The notes: generated by a model not told the origin, from the sequence alone. Shown: positions 1 to 13,452, numbered from the whole stretch's first letter. The stretch is DNA of 63,825 nucleotides, filler included, from Octopus bimaculoides (GCF_001194135.2; 4 parts of 3 records of this genome joined end to end with filler, not necessarily neighbours in it), one strand, 5' to 3'. Program-made: numbers and translations.

Positions 1-739
1 TATATATATATATATATGTATATTATTTTATTCTTTTAGATGCTTCAGCCCTCAGATTGTGGCCATGCTGGGCCTTTAGAAGTAGGATGAATATACCTGC
101 ACATGTACAAAGCTGAAAGGTCTTTGTTAAATGACATTGAATCACTTGCCAACGCTTCGCCATTGTAGATGTGCTTTCTATCTTAATAATGAACATCATC
201 GTCAATCAAAGAATGGAAATATATATAGTGATAGTCGTGCTTACATATATGCATACATGCATAAATAAATACATACATACATACATATACAAACACAGAG
301 GCACACATGCATACAAACGCGCATGCATACAAGCACACAAGCATATATATGCGTATGCCCTACCGCATATGAATTTATTTCGTCGACGTTCACATGAGGT
401 TTTGTTGATATCCTTATACTCCTGCAATTTATTATTGTCGCATATCCCTTCAGTTTATGTTTCTCTATCATGATTGTGCTATCTCAGCAGATACGATGCA
501 CAGTAAGCTCCTTTACAGTAAGTACTACCTACAGGGCTTTCTTCCAAAATTTCAAAGTATTGAAGTAGTTATTCGATATTTACTTCCCTTTTAAAATACA
601 TCCGAAATTAACGCTATTACCTATGAGTTTCACAACGCAATTGCACCTGCTAAACATAAAACCATCGGATATTTCCTTAATCGGAGTTTTGTTAGTGAAT
701 ATATGGTTTGGAAGAAGATATGGGTTGAATATATAGGCG

Positions 740-1765
740 CCGGAGTGTGTAGTAAGTAGCATGCTTACTCAAGACATGGTTCCAGGTTCAGCGTCACTGC
801 ATGGCACCTTGGGCAAGTGTGTTTTACTATGACCTCGGGATATATATATATATATATATATATANNNNNNNNNNNNNNNNNNNNNNNNNNNNNNNNNNNN
901 NNNNNNNNNNNNNNNNNNNNNNNNNNNNNNNNNNNNNNNNNNNNNNNNNNNNNNNNNNNNNNNNNNNNNNNNNNNNNNNNNNNNNNNNNNNNNNNNNNNN
1001 NNNNNNNNNNNNNNNNNNNNNNNNNNNNNNNNNNNNNNNNNNNNNNNNNNNNNNNNNNNNNNNNNNNNNNNNNNNNNNNNNNNNNNNNNNNNNNNNNNNN
1101 NNNNNNNNNNNNNNNNNNNNNNNNNNNNNNNNNNNNNNNNNNNNNNNNNNNNNNNNNNNNNNNNNNNNNNNNNNNNNNNNNNNNNNNNNNNNNNNNNNNN
1201 NNNNNNNNNNNNNNNNNNNNNNNNNNNNNNNNNNNNNNNNNNNNNNNNNNNNNNNNNNNNNNNNNNNNNNNNNNNNNNNNNNNNNNNNNNNNNNNNNNNN
1301 NNNNNNNNNNNNNNNNNNNNNNNNNNNNNNNNNNNNNNNNNNNNNNNNNNNNNNNNNNNNNNNNNNNNNNNNNNNNNNNNNNNNNNNNNNNNNNNNNNNN
1401 NNNNNNNNNNNNNNNNNNNNNNNNNNNNNNNNNNNNNNNNNNNNNNNNNNNNNNNNNNNNNNNNNNNNNNNNNNNNNNNNNNNNNNNNNNNNNNNNNNNN
1501 NNNNNNNNNNNNNNNNNNNNNNNNNNNNNNNNNNNNNNNNNNNNNNNNNNNNNNNNNNNNNNNNNNNNNNNNNNNNNNNNNNNNNNNNNNNNNNNNNATA
1601 TATATGGTGTGTCTACGTCCCCGTAACATAGCGGTTCGGCAAAAGAGACCGATAAAATAAGTACACGGCTTACAAAGAATAAGTTCTGGGGTCGATTTGT
1701 TCAACTAAAGGCGGTGCTCCAGCATTGCCGCTGTCAAATGACCGAAACAAGTAATAGAGCTAAAT
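740..1765 (+). mobile_element. tRNA-derived CORE-type SINE (family B, OR2-like); head and tail separated by (TA)n and a gap
   Basis: GGTTCAG..CACTGC..GCACCTTGGGCAAGTG head at 740-840. The tail gtccccgtaac..gcggttcggcaaaagagaccgat at 1605-1765 matches the copy at 11268. The two parts may be separate copies. Confidence 0.65.
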
Positions 1766-1844
1766 CTACAATAATACATCTGGTAGAACAGCTTAGAAGT
1801 TCGGAAAGCGGGGAGGAAGGAATAAAAATAGAGATATTCTTATC

Positions 1845-2055
1845 TACCCTAGGAACAAGGCCCGCAATTTTACGGGAGGGGGTCAGTAAATAGATCGACC
1901 CCGGTATGCAACTGGTACATAGTTTATCGACTCCGAGAGGATGAAAGGCAAAGTCAACCGCGGCGGAATTTGAACTCCGAACGTAAAGTCAGACGAAATA
2001 CCTCTAAGCATATCACCACGGTGTTCTAAATCTTCTGCCAGTTCACCGCCTTATA
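1845..2055 (-). mobile_element. tRNA-derived SINE, family A
   Basis: Reverse B-box (gaatttgaact) plus the conserved ggatgaaaggcaaagtcRacc block shared by many copies in the window. Confidence 0.8.
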
Positions 2056-3284
2056 AAAATAGAGATATTACAATAGCAGAGCGATCATACTGATTAATAC
2101 TTACAAATCCTTTTTTTTTTTTCATAAATAAGTGAAATTATCGTACAATCTTCATGTACCAAAAAACAAATTCCACTGCTGAACATTAGAATGTAAAATA
2201 TGTATTTTACAGGCTGTACTGTACACGGGTGCATCGTTTAGATTCTTACCTGGAATCATTCATATATTGCAAAGTTATATTAATGTTACCTATTTCGTAA
2301 TATTTTTCCTGAATAATGTACCTAGAATCGCTTGCGTGAAATATTGCGGCAGCCTGTCTGTAAGCTAATTGGAAACTGCATACCTATTACAGAGAAAGTA
2401 ATNNNNNNNNNNNNNNNNNNNNNNNNNNNNNNNNNNNNNNNNNNNNNNNNNNNNNNNNNNNNNNNNNNNNNNNNNNNNNNNNNNNNNNNNNNNNNNNNNN
2501 NNNNNNNNNNNNNNNNNNNNNNNNNNNNNNNNNNNNNNNNNNNNNNNNNNNNNNNNNNNNNNNNNNNNNNNNNNNNNNNNNNNNNNNNNNNNNNNNNNNN
2601 NNNNNNNNNNNNNNNNNNNNNNNNNNNNNNNNNNNNNNNNNNNNNNNNNNNNNNNNNNNNNNNNNNNNNNNNNNNNNNNNNNNNNNNNNNNNNNNNNNNN
2701 NNNNNNNNNNNNNNNNNNNNNNNNNNNNNNNNNNNNNNNNNNNNNNNNNNNNNNNNNNNNNNNNNNNNNNNNNNNNNNNNNNNNNNNNNNNNNNNNNNAA
2801 AGCTGCGGTCTGGCACAGTAACAAATCTTGCAACTTGCAATTAAAGCCTGTTTTTTTTTTTCTTTCCATCTTAGTACAATATACATTTACTAATCAATGC
2901 GGATATAGAAGGATAGCAATTCAGCTAAAATGACCATCATAGTTATACTAATGCTTCAACTCTGTATCAATCAGTGCTTCAAACATGAAGTACTATTAAC
3001 ACCTGTAAGCTAATGAAGTTCATAAAGTAATCATATACTTTGTCATTCATGTGGCTTATTACCGCTCTCACCTCGGCTGACACTTCGGTCTAAAGCATAC
3101 GTATAGTGAGTTCTATCAACAGGTTATTAGTAGAGCAATGTCTAAGCGAAATATCAAGGACCGAGAATTTTGATAACTGCCAACACGCGAAACTCTCGGT
3201 CATTGGGTTACTGTATTGCTTCTGCTAAACATTGATAAAATTATACAAATACTCATATTTTGAGCCCCATTTTTCCCGTTTGTG

Positions 3285-3652
3285 CAGACATGCTGGGGCA
3301 CAACCTTGAAGAATTTTACTCTTATGAATCGATCCCAGTATTTACATTTTGTCTAAGGCTGGTACTTATTGGTTAGGTCTCTTTCGCCGAAGCGCTAGAT
3401 TACGGGGACGTAAGCTGATAAACACCGGTTGTAAAGTGATGCTTGGGGACAAGCACATATACAAAGACACACGGGGGTAAATACTTCTTTCTTTTTCCGT
3501 TTGCCAAATCGAACCACAAGGCATTGGTCGGCCCGAGAGTATAACTGAAGACATCCAAGGTGCTACGCAGTGGGATTGAATCAGAATACATGTGGTTGAT
3601 AAGCGAAATTCTTTCCAAACAGCGACGCCTGGTCCGATGCATTAACACGCGC
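3285..3652 (-). mobile_element. Family B SINE (diverged)
   Basis: Reverse complement of the 11268 copy (cacaaggc.ttggtcggcccgag, ccaaggtgc.acgcagtggga). Confidence 0.75.
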
Positions 3653-4105
3653 NNNNNNNNNNNNNNNNNNNNNNNNNNNNNNNNNNNNNNNNNNNNNNNN
3701 NNNNNNNNNNNNNNNNNNNNNNNNNNNNNNNNNNNNNNNNNNNNNNNNNNNNNNNNNNNNNNNNNNNNNNNNNNNNNNNNNNNNNNNNNNNNNNNNNNNN
3801 NNNNNNNNNNNNNNNNNNNNNNNNNNNNNNNNNNNNNNNNNNNNNNNNNNNNNNNNNNNNNNNNNNNNNNNNNNNNNNNNNNNNNNNNNNNNNNNNNNNN
3901 NNNNNNNNNNNNNNNNNNNNNNNNNNNNNNNNNNNNNNNNNNNNNNNNNNNNNNNNNNNNNNNNNNNNNNNNNNNNNNNNNNNNNNNNNNNNNNNNNNNN
4001 NNNNNNNNNNNNNNNNNNNNNNNNNNNNNNNNNNNNNNNNNNNNNNNNNNNNNNNNNNNNNNNNNNNNNNNNNNNNNNNNNNNNNNNNNNNNNNNNNNNN
4101 NNNNN

Positions 4106-4213
4106 CTTCTTCTTCTTCTTCTTCTTCTTCTTCTTCTTCTTCTTCTTCTTCTTCTTCTTCTTCTTCTTCTTCTTCTTCTTCTTCTTCTTCTTCTTCTTCT
4201 TCTTCTTCTTCTT
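4106..4213. repeat. (CTT)n microsatellite, about 36 units, abutting a gap
   Basis: Perfect triplet run. Confidence 0.98.
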
Positions 4214-4695
4214 TTCTATCTTTCTTTCACAACTCATGCATTCATACCTACATATTTAGATTAAGAACAGATTTTGTGTAAAGCTTATTAAAATCTCTAA
4301 TGTTAACAAGTTCTATTTGTTTTTTTTTTTATTTCCGTATTTCTCAGAACGCACAAACATGTCATTAGCAATAATATATTTTGAGATTAGATTGTGTACC
4401 ATTTCAAATGTCAGACTAAGAGATTTAAGAACTGAGTGTTCCAAACCAGACACGTCAGTCTAATAAGTAAGAGAGAATAAAAAATCATTAAAAAAAACTA
4501 ACCAAAAGTGAAAATGTCTTGCTTTACTCCCGTGCGCACACACGCTCACATACGCGCACACACACACACACACACACACATAAACACACAGACAGTCACA
4601 CCTACAGACACACACACATGGATGTACTTGTGAATATGTGCGTATGAATATATATATGCATATATGTGCGTGTGTGTCCCAATATATGTATGTAG

Positions 4696-4726
<31 letters not shown>

Positions 4727-5400
4727 GATAGATAGATAGAAATACTACTATTTTATTACTAGAGGTTAATTGCAACTCAGTAAAAATTGTCAAAGTAATA
4801 GATTCTATGCCGTCCAACATTCTGTTGTGGCAATCTTGATCTAGACAGCTCTTTTGAAAAACAGCTGTCTAAATTAAGAGTAGGAGTCTCTGGTGTCACA
4901 TCTGCGGCAATTTTGCATCCAATAGTGTTAACTTGTAGACTTTTGAAGCAAATGCATATGTGTTCAGAAAGAGTGCGGTTGGCCCTTTTCAATCTTTCAA
5001 CAAGCAAGAGACATATGCATACATATACAACAGGCCTGTAAAACGTATATGCTTGTAATTCTCACAAAAGCGACTTAATTTTATATAATTTAAAAATTAA
5101 TTGGTTATTCTTATTGAAATCTTTGTCTTCAAGTTGCCTCTAACATTTTCAAGGGTTGTTAACATTTACCGTTGGTATTTTCTTTTATACTAAAACAGAA
5201 ATATCAATTATTTAGTATCTCCTTATTTTTGCGTCTCTCATACAATATATACCCATTAATCACACTGCAGCCATGTATGACAATATACACCAAAATACAC
5301 CAATAGAGCTTAATAGCTACCAACAATATATAATTAATGAATACTTCAATATCCAACGATATTCAACAATTACCTGATATTCTAAACCACACTCTAATAT

Positions 5401-5768
5401 TGTTGTTGGCACTCCGTCGCTTACGACGTCGAGGGTTCCAGTTGATCCGATCAACGGAACAGCCTGCTCGTGAAATTAACGTGCAAGTGGCTGAGCACTC
5501 CACAGACACGTGTACCCTTAACGTGGTTCTCGGGGATATTCAGCGTGACACAGTGTGAATTGCAGGCACAACAGAAATAGGAAGTAAGTGTGAGAGAAAG
5601 TCGTGGTGAAAGAGTACAGCAGGGTTCGCCACCATCCCCTGCTGGAGCCTCGTGGATCTTTAGATTTTTTCGCTCAATAAACACTTGCAACGCCCGGTCT
5701 GGGAATCGAAACCGCGATCCTATGACCACGAGTCCGCTGCCCTAACCACTGGACCATTGCGCCTCCAC
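5401..5768 (-). mobile_element. Full-length tRNA-derived SINE, family C (OR1-like), with a 10-bp target-site duplication
   Basis: Minus-strand head GTGGAGGCGCAATGGTCCAGTGGTTAGG..GGTTTCGATTCCC carries A and B boxes. ACTCTAATAT is duplicated at 5391-5400 and 5769-5778. Confidence 0.9.
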
Positions 5769-6109
5769 ACTCTAATATATTTAAATTAGAAAAAGGTGTT
5801 TTGACCGTGTGCATTCCATTTCTGCTATCGATGGCCATTGCATTCTACTCAGTTTATACTATCATACATTTCAGAGGTATTTATAACTTTAACATATTTC
5901 TCATTCGGAAAAAAAAAATAGATTAGGAAAAATGATTTTATAACCTTACCCGTCTTCGAATAATTGGGTTCATGGAGCTCTTCTATGAACACTGATAGTA
6001 GTAATAATTCCTCTTAAAATCATTTAGATTTTGTCGTCTCGATTTCATATGCATTACTTAGCAAGTGTTGAACGTAAACGTTAAAAGGGATGTAACTAAA
6101 TATTTTTTT

Positions 6110-6520
6110 CTACTCTAGGCCCGGAATTTTTGGGGAGGGGCCAGTCGATTAGATCGACCTCAGTTCGCAACTGGTACTTAGTTTATCGACCCCGAAAGGA
6201 TGAAAGGCTATGTCGACCACGGTGGAATTTGTACTCAGAATATAAAGACAGAGGAACTAGAGCTAAGCATTTCGCCCGGCGTGCTAACGTTTCTGATCTC
6301 TTTATTGCCCACAAGAGGCTTAAACATACAGAGGACAAAAAAGGACAGACAAAGGGATTAAGTCGATTACATCGACCCCAGTGCGTAACTGGTACTTAAT
6401 TTATCGACCCCGAAAGGCAAAGTCAACCTCGGCGGAATTTGAACTCAGAACATAAAGACAGACGAAATACCGCTAAGCATTTCGCCCGGCGTGCTAACGT
6501 TTCTGCAAGCTTGCTGCCTT
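6110..6520 (-). mobile_element. Two tandem family A SINE units
   Basis: The block tttatcgaccccgaaagg..ggcggaatttgaactcagaa..gctaagcatttcgcccggcgtgctaacgtttctg occurs twice. Confidence 0.85.
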
Positions 6521-6843
6521 AGATATAACTAAATTTTGCAAGTAAGTTTTTTTTTTCTCTCACGCTGTTTATTTTATTAATCCTTGGATAAGGTTGAAAT
6601 TTACCTTTGTTGACATTCAACAGGATCGAACTTGGAACATCGTGATTGCTTATATATGTAGATACGCTACGATAGGGCAAAACACACAAAAGCTCATCGA
6701 TATATACCATATACTAACACCACGAACATAAATCATGACGTAGTTGTATGATCCAATATGCCCGAGCACGTCAATATGGCTAAATCTACAAGCTAATATT
6801 TGGCACTAGTTGCAGCAGATTCTTTTTCACCGTTTGTGATTAC

Positions 6844-6890
<47 letters not shown>

Positions 6891-7339
6891 TGACCCCATT
6901 GTTAGAGTATATATGTAATATTAACAAGCAGAGAAGATACAGTCGCCCTCCCGTCATATTCGGTAGGCTACACTATTCAAAAGAAAATTCTAACGTAATC
7001 ATGACAAAGATAACGACTATTGGAATCATTCCAAGTGGTTCATGTGTTATTAGCCGTATAAATGTCCTTTTTACGAGTTGCTGATAAGGAATTTGGGCCG
7101 TTGAGCCATGTAATTCCTGGATGGACAACACACTTTCAGTCTTCAAGCGCAAACCATCACCACACAGTTTTCACTTTATGTTTATTCTTGTTATATATTT
7201 ATTTTTGTTTAAGGTTTGTATTTTTTCATTTATTGTTTTGTTTGTGTTTATATAGTTTTAGCGTTTGACCTTTGTTTTGTGTATTTTTATCTTGATCTCA
7301 TATTTGTTTTATAACTTCCATTATAGCTCACTGCGGCGG

Positions 7340-7420
7340 ATTATTATTATTATCATCAACATCCTCGTCATCATCATCATTATTATCATCATCATCATCA
7401 TCATCATTCTTCTTCTTCTT

Positions 7421-7500
<80 letters not shown>
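7340..7500. repeat. Compound triplet microsatellite (ATT/ATC/CTT/ATT)
   Basis: Direct inspection. Confidence 0.95.
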
Positions 7501-7502
7501 GA

Positions 7503-7715
7503 AAATTGCGGCGAGCTGGAAGAAACGTCGGGCAAGATGCTTAGCGTTATTTCGCACGTGTTTGTGTTGTGAGTTCAAACTCCGCCGAAGTCAACTTTGC
7601 CTTTCATCCTAGCGGTGTCGATAAATTAAGTACAAGTGAAACACTGGGGTCAATGTAATCGACCAGTCCCTTCCCCACAAATGTGAAGCCTTGTGCCTCC
7701 AGCAGAAATGATTAA
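7503..7715 (+). mobile_element. Family A SINE
   Basis: gagttcaaactccgccgaagtcaactttgcctttcatcc..gtcgataaattaagtac. Confidence 0.85.
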
Positions 7716-7889
7716 TATTATTATGAATATTATCAGTATGAGCGTGGCAAGCTGGCCAAATCGTTAGCGCGGCACCAAAATGCTTTACAGCATTTCGTTC
7801 ATCTGTACGTTCTCAGTTCAAATACCTCTGAGGTCGAGTTTGCATCTCGTTCATTCTGGCTCAATGAAATAAGTACCGGCTGAGAATTG

Positions 7890-8275
7890 TGTTGTTGGCA
7901 CTCCGTCGCTTACGACGTCGAGGGTTCCCGTTGATCCGATCAACGGAACAGCCTGCTCGTGAAATTAACGTGCAAGTGCCTGAGCACTCCACAGACACGT
8001 GTACCCATAACGTAGTTCTCGGGGGATATTCAGCGTGACACAGTGTGACAAGGCTGTCTCTTTGAATTACAGGCACAACAGAAACACGAAGTAAGAGTGA
8101 GAGAAAGATGTGGTGAAAGAGTACAGCAGGGTACGCCACCATCCCCTGCCGGAGCCTCGTGGAGCGTTAGGTGTTTTCGCTCAGTAAACACTCACAACGT
8201 TCGGTCTGGGAATCGAAACCGCGATCCTATGACCATGAGTCTGCTGCCCTAACCGCTGGGCCAATGCGCCTCCAC
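7890..8275 (-). mobile_element. Family C SINE, nested among family A fragments
   Basis: Highly similar to 5401-5768 along its length. Family A pieces lie at 7740-7885 and 8280-8520. Confidence 0.88.
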
Positions 8276-8837
8276 AGTTAAAACAGCAAGCGGGCAGAAT
8301 CATTAGCACACAAGAAAGAACGCTTAGCGGCTTTTATTCTGGCTCTGTGCGCTCTGAGTCCCAATTTAAATCGGCTAGCTGGCGGAATCATTAGCACGCA
8401 GTATAAAATGCTGAGCGACATCTTTGTTTTTATGTTCTAAGTTCAAATTCCATCGAGGTGGAATTTGCCTTTCAAAGTTCCCCACCCTAGAAATTGTTGG
8501 CATTGTGCCAAAATAAGAAAGACTTACTATACTTTGGACGGTGGATTTCGCCAATCCTCGCATCTGATTCATTAGAAGGTTGGACAGTCTCTTGCAGTAT
8601 TTATTTCTTAAAAGTAAAGTTTGACAGATACGCAAATTATTCTATGACCTGTGTTCATATGTTCATTGGAAGATATTGGTTAATGCGCTTCTAAATATAA
8701 CAATGAGACGGCTTGGACGCTTTTCATCGTATATCTGTTCTTGCAGGTTTGACTTGGGGTAAAACAAGAATGATAGAAGCATCGAAACACGAATAGTAAC
8801 AGTAACATCAAAGATATTCGCGGCATCAATGAATACA

Positions 8838-8839
<2 letters not shown>

Positions 8840-8919
<80 letters not shown>

Positions 8920-9630
8920 TGAAAACAGACTGACAGAGAGACAGAGAGACAAAGACAGACAGAGAGACACAGGGTGAAGAGAATGAGGGAGAAACAAAGA
9001 GGATAAGAAAGAGAGAGGTGGAGAGAGGGAGAAAGAAAGAGAGTGGGTGGATAGAGAGGGTGGAAGAAATAGAGAGGGTGAAGAGAGAGAGAGAGAGAGA
9101 GAGGGTGGAAGAAATAGAGAAGGTGGAGACAGATAGGGTGGAGAGAGAGAGGGTGGAGAGAGAGAGGGTGGAGAGATAGAGGGTGGAGAGAGAGAGAGGG
9201 TGGGAAGAAATAGAGAGGGTGGCGAGAGAGAAAGAAAGAGAGACGGCGGAGAGTGGGGGAAGAAGAAAGAGAGAGGGTGAAGAGTGAAAGACAGATGTGG
9301 AGATAGAGGATGGAGTGGGAGAAAGAAAGAAAGAGGATAAAGAGTGAGGGAGAAAGAAAGATGGCCGAGAGAGTGAGGGAGAAAGACATACGATAAGAGA
9401 GAGAGAGTGAGAGAGAGAGTGAGAGAGAGAGAGAGACTAAAACAATGAGAGTTGTAGATGACCTAAGTGAAAGAACAATGTCAGTGAAATGAAAGTGAAG
9501 AGATGAAGATATAAAGTAAAAGCGCGAGGAAGCGAAAGAAAGAGAAGAGAGAAAGAGAGAAAGAAAGAAAGAAAGAAAGAGAGAGTGAACGAGTGAGAGA
9601 GAGTGGAGTTGAGAGTGGGTAGTGACCATG
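8840..9630 (+). repeat. Polypurine tract: (AG)n, (ACAG)n and degenerate GAGAGAGGGTGGA subrepeats
   Basis: About 790 bp, strongly purine-biased on the plus strand. Confidence 0.92.
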
Positions 9631-9858
9631 CTATTAACTTACACAGGAAAGAAAGAAAATAGAAGTATATCTAGCTGGAATGTCAGTACATGTCTATAGT
9701 TTTTAACTGCGAAGCGTTTTGGCTTCTTTGATCTCCTGAACCTCTCCACCTTGCTTATTTTTTTTTTTTACGTGCATCTGATAATGTTCTACTGGCTATT
9801 GTTGTTGTAATTTTTCATATTTGCTGTCCATGCTGTCCATTTACACTTTTTCCTGAAT

Positions 9859-9894
<36 letters not shown>

Positions 9895-10569
9895 TGACTT
9901 TTTTCTTCCTTGGCCTTTTTCCGTTTCTTCTTGCTACTGTAACCATTTCTTTTCCTTCATATTACCATTGTCGTCATAATCATCGTCGGCGTCGTCGACG
10001 TAGTTGTCGTCAACATCACCATCGAAGATTTCAACGAAAAGCTGGTTTGAGCCAGATCTCTGGCTCTAAAACAAATATGAATATAAGCCATTCGATGAAC
10101 TCGGGTGATGAATGCGCAACGTTAAAACAAAAAAAATAATTTCTCTGAAAGTGGTGCACAGGAACGTGGTACTCGGTTCTCAGCATATACGTCTTCGAAC
10201 ACCAGCACTTTGCTCGAATTCTCGGAACGTGAGCAGCTACGAATGAAATAAGCCACAGAGCTGACATCGTTTGGCATACTACGTTCATTTGCACAATGTT
10301 TTGGCAGATGTTTTGGCAGATGTCTAACGCAGTAGAACGAGAGAATTACTTTTTCTGTTAGATGGGGTATGTAGTACTGCATCGAAATCTACCTACAAGT
10401 TAGACATTCTATATTCTAACCAATAACTCTACAAACGCAAAAATTTTGGCATAGGTGCTAGCAATGTGTTTGACATCCTTGTATCGATCTCCCTTACTTG
10501 TGAATATCAGTATTCGGTTACTCTGTTATTGAATTTATAAATTTAGCGGAACACACTACAGGCACATAC

Positions 10570-10828
10570 TCTTTTACATGTTTCAGTCATTTGACTGCGG
10601 CCATGCTAGAGCACCGCCTTTAGTCGAGCAAATCGACCCCAGAACTTATTCTTTGTAAGCCTAGANNNNNNNNNNTTTTCAGTTTCCATCTACCAAATCC
10701 ACTCACAAGGCTTTGGTCGGCCCGAGACTATAGCAGAAGATACAATCCCAAGGTGCCACGCAGCGGGACTGAACCCGGATCCATTTGGTTGATAAGCAAG
10801 CTACTTACCACACAGCCACTCCTGTGTC
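10570..10828 (-). mobile_element. Family B SINE (with a small gap)
   Basis: Reverse complement of the 11268 copy. Confidence 0.85.
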
Positions 10829-11267
10829 TATGTCACTGATCACTTCATACTCTTGGGCAATAACAGCAATCCAAGCGTCAAATTCCTATTTTTCTAAACT
10901 ATATATTTAAGATAACGTCGCTGTATTTATGAATAGGTATATGAGTAAAACGAAAAACAGAGAGCTTGAAGAAACAGGATGTGGCACATACAGAGGCCAA
11001 TATATTTACGACTGTAGAAAATAGGACTGCTAACGCTGCCACATGTACCCGCCAGGTACATACCATATTAACGTTACATATGCTTGTTGACATTGTTAGC
11101 AGCGATAATATCGCCACTTTTGAGATCAACATAAATATTAAGACCGCAGAGAATATATTTAAGGCGATAACAATTGGCACTGTGGAAACTAAACATCTTG
11201 TATTAATTATCCCTGTTGAAACCAGCAGCACCAGCGGCATAATTTGCGACTTTGACCTGTGACAAAA

Positions 11268-11670
11268 TGAGTGGCTGTGTGGTAAGTAGCTTGCTTACGA
11301 CCCACATGGCTCCGGGTTCAGTCCCACTGCGTGACACCTTGGGCAAGTGTCTTCTACTATAGCCTCGAGCCGACCAAAGCCTTGTGAGTGGATTTGGTAG
11401 ACGGAAACTGAAATAAGACCCTCGTATATTTGTATATATATATATGTATGTGTGTGTATATGTTTGTGTGTCTGTGTTTGTCCCCCCAACGTCGCTTGAC
11501 AACCGATGGTAGTGTGTTTACGTCCCCGTAACTTAGCAGTTCGGCAAAAGAGACCGATAGAAGAAGTACTAGGCTTACAGAGAATAAGTCCTGGGGTCGA
11601 TTTGCTCGACCAAAGGCGCTGCCAGCATGACCACAGTCAAAAGACTGAAACAAGTAAAAGAGTAAAAGAG
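11268..11670 (+). mobile_element. Near full-length family B CORE-type SINE
   Basis: gtggctgtgtggtaag..gggttcagtcccactgcg..accttgggcaagtgtcttctactatagcctcg, an internal TA/TG tract, then the 3' tail. Confidence 0.88.
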
Positions 11671-12481
11671 TGACCGATTACAGATTTGAGAGAAAGAAGA
11701 GACAATTACCTATATCATGATGAGTAGCAATCAAAGTAATGTCCTGAGGTTGCTGATACAAAGGAACTACCGACTGATGAATATTAATTTCCTTGCAAAT
11801 CATTCTGATTACAATTATTTGCATTAGTGTTAGTAGGTGACTGGAATGGCATCATAAAAGCCCATTGGAAATGGATTAATTCTCACAATTGTAGGAGGAA
11901 TGCAATGTCTTTTTTAAATGTCCTCAAATGTTGTCTAACCTTAGCAGAAACGTTTGAATCTTCAGCCAGTGGAGACGGCGTATGTTATTCATATATTTTG
12001 TCCTCTTGTCAACGAAGGTCTCATATTTGAGGTTTTTGTTCTCAGTTTAGGGAGAATACACAGAGAGGAATATGCCTACTAGAATTTGGCCGTGCGCTGT
12101 AAGAAGAAAAAATGTGTTATAGGAAACGTGTTAGCGAAGAAATTCAATGAGAATTGAGGGAACAAACAGAAATAACAGGAGACAGGTAGGTGTGAAAAGA
12201 AAAGTTGAGATAGAATCAGTAAGTTATCGCAAGAAAGTTGCAGTTAAGGGTTTAGACAATAAGAAAAGATAATAGGGCTGCTATAACTGATGATCCTTTT
12301 CTTTGTAATGATAGCCACATTACCTTTGGGGCAAAAATAAAGCAGTCAGTTTTGCTGCCTTGTTTAGTTGGCGGAAAATTTCAGATCATGAGCGGAGTTC
12401 AGGAAAATATCTCTCCGACGATACACTAATCAACCACTAGAAATGGAAGTTAGGAGTTCGTGTGTGTGCGTGTGCGTGTGT

Positions 12482-12537
<56 letters not shown>

Positions 12538-13269
12538 TGGGGCTGCTGGCTTATAACAAATTTCATGAAGGAATAGTGCAAATCACTTGCCTGCAGTTGG
12601 CAAGCGGAGATTTTAATGCGACCAATGTGCCACGTGGTCGAAATCTTGAACTTAGCGTACACTGATTCTGAATAAATTATGATTAGTGTTATATTGCGGG
12701 TACGCTTCTTTTGAATGTTTATTGTGATTTTTTCTTTGATATGTTTATTTGTTGTTGTTTTTTTTCATTTGGTTATGTATATATATATTTTTTTTCCTTT
12801 CGGTTTTATATTTTATTTCATGTCTATATCCGTGTATAGTCACACTCCAAATTGCTACGGGAATTCATCTCCTTTTGACACAGTCTATTATCTTGTACTA
12901 ATTACAACACATATCTTCCACTACCGGTGAGTGTGGAAATAATGCCAACTGTCAGTGGACTGAATGTGCACATGCGTCTGTAGACTGGAGACAAAGTCTT
13001 AGGCAAGCTCCGGTGTCCTTGGTGATCAGTGGATCTTGGTCATGTTGGGTTATTGATTCGCTAATTTCTAGCTGTTCCTCTATTGGGTCAAGTGTATCAA
13101 AAAGTTATTCGCATAATGTTTATGGTATTCATGATTTCACCTACTTTTGCCACTCTTATCTCTCATCTTTGTAGAAAGTCCACAGTGACACAAAATTCTA
13201 AATTGTCCATCCAAAGTCCACTCATCATATACATATATGTTTGTTTGTGTGTGTATGTGTGTGCTAATG

Positions 13270-13317
<48 letters not shown>

Positions 13318-13361
13318 NNNNNNNNNNNNNNNNNNNNNNNNNNNNNNNNNNNNNNNNNNNN

Positions 13362-13373
13362 TTAATTAATTAA
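13362..13373. other. Artificial scaffold-join marker TTAATTAATTAA
   Basis: Flanked by 44 N on each side (100 bp in total) and has stops in all frames. Identical at 39534 and 62478. Confidence 0.93.
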
Positions 13374-13420
13374 NNNNNNNNNNNNNNNNNNNNNNNNNNN
13401 NNNNNNNNNNNNNNNNNATA

Positions 13421-13452
<32 letters not shown>

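Noticed and set aside
2251-2358. 108-nt open phase-2 exon candidate on the minus strand
   Set aside because: The peptide (QAAAIFHASDSRY..) resembles nothing I recognise, and chance occurrence is plausible.
5680-5768. tRNA gene
   Set aside because: The tRNA-like sequence is the head of a multi-copy SINE; there is no complete acceptor stem or terminator.
10122-10323. Possible further LGR exon (phase-2 acceptor, HLPKHCANERS..)
   Set aside because: No LRR or hinge motif, no good donor, and it lies beyond an artificial join.
12324-12436. Minus-strand exon-like segment with good AG/GT sites
   Set aside because: Stops in all three frames; at most a non-coding exon.
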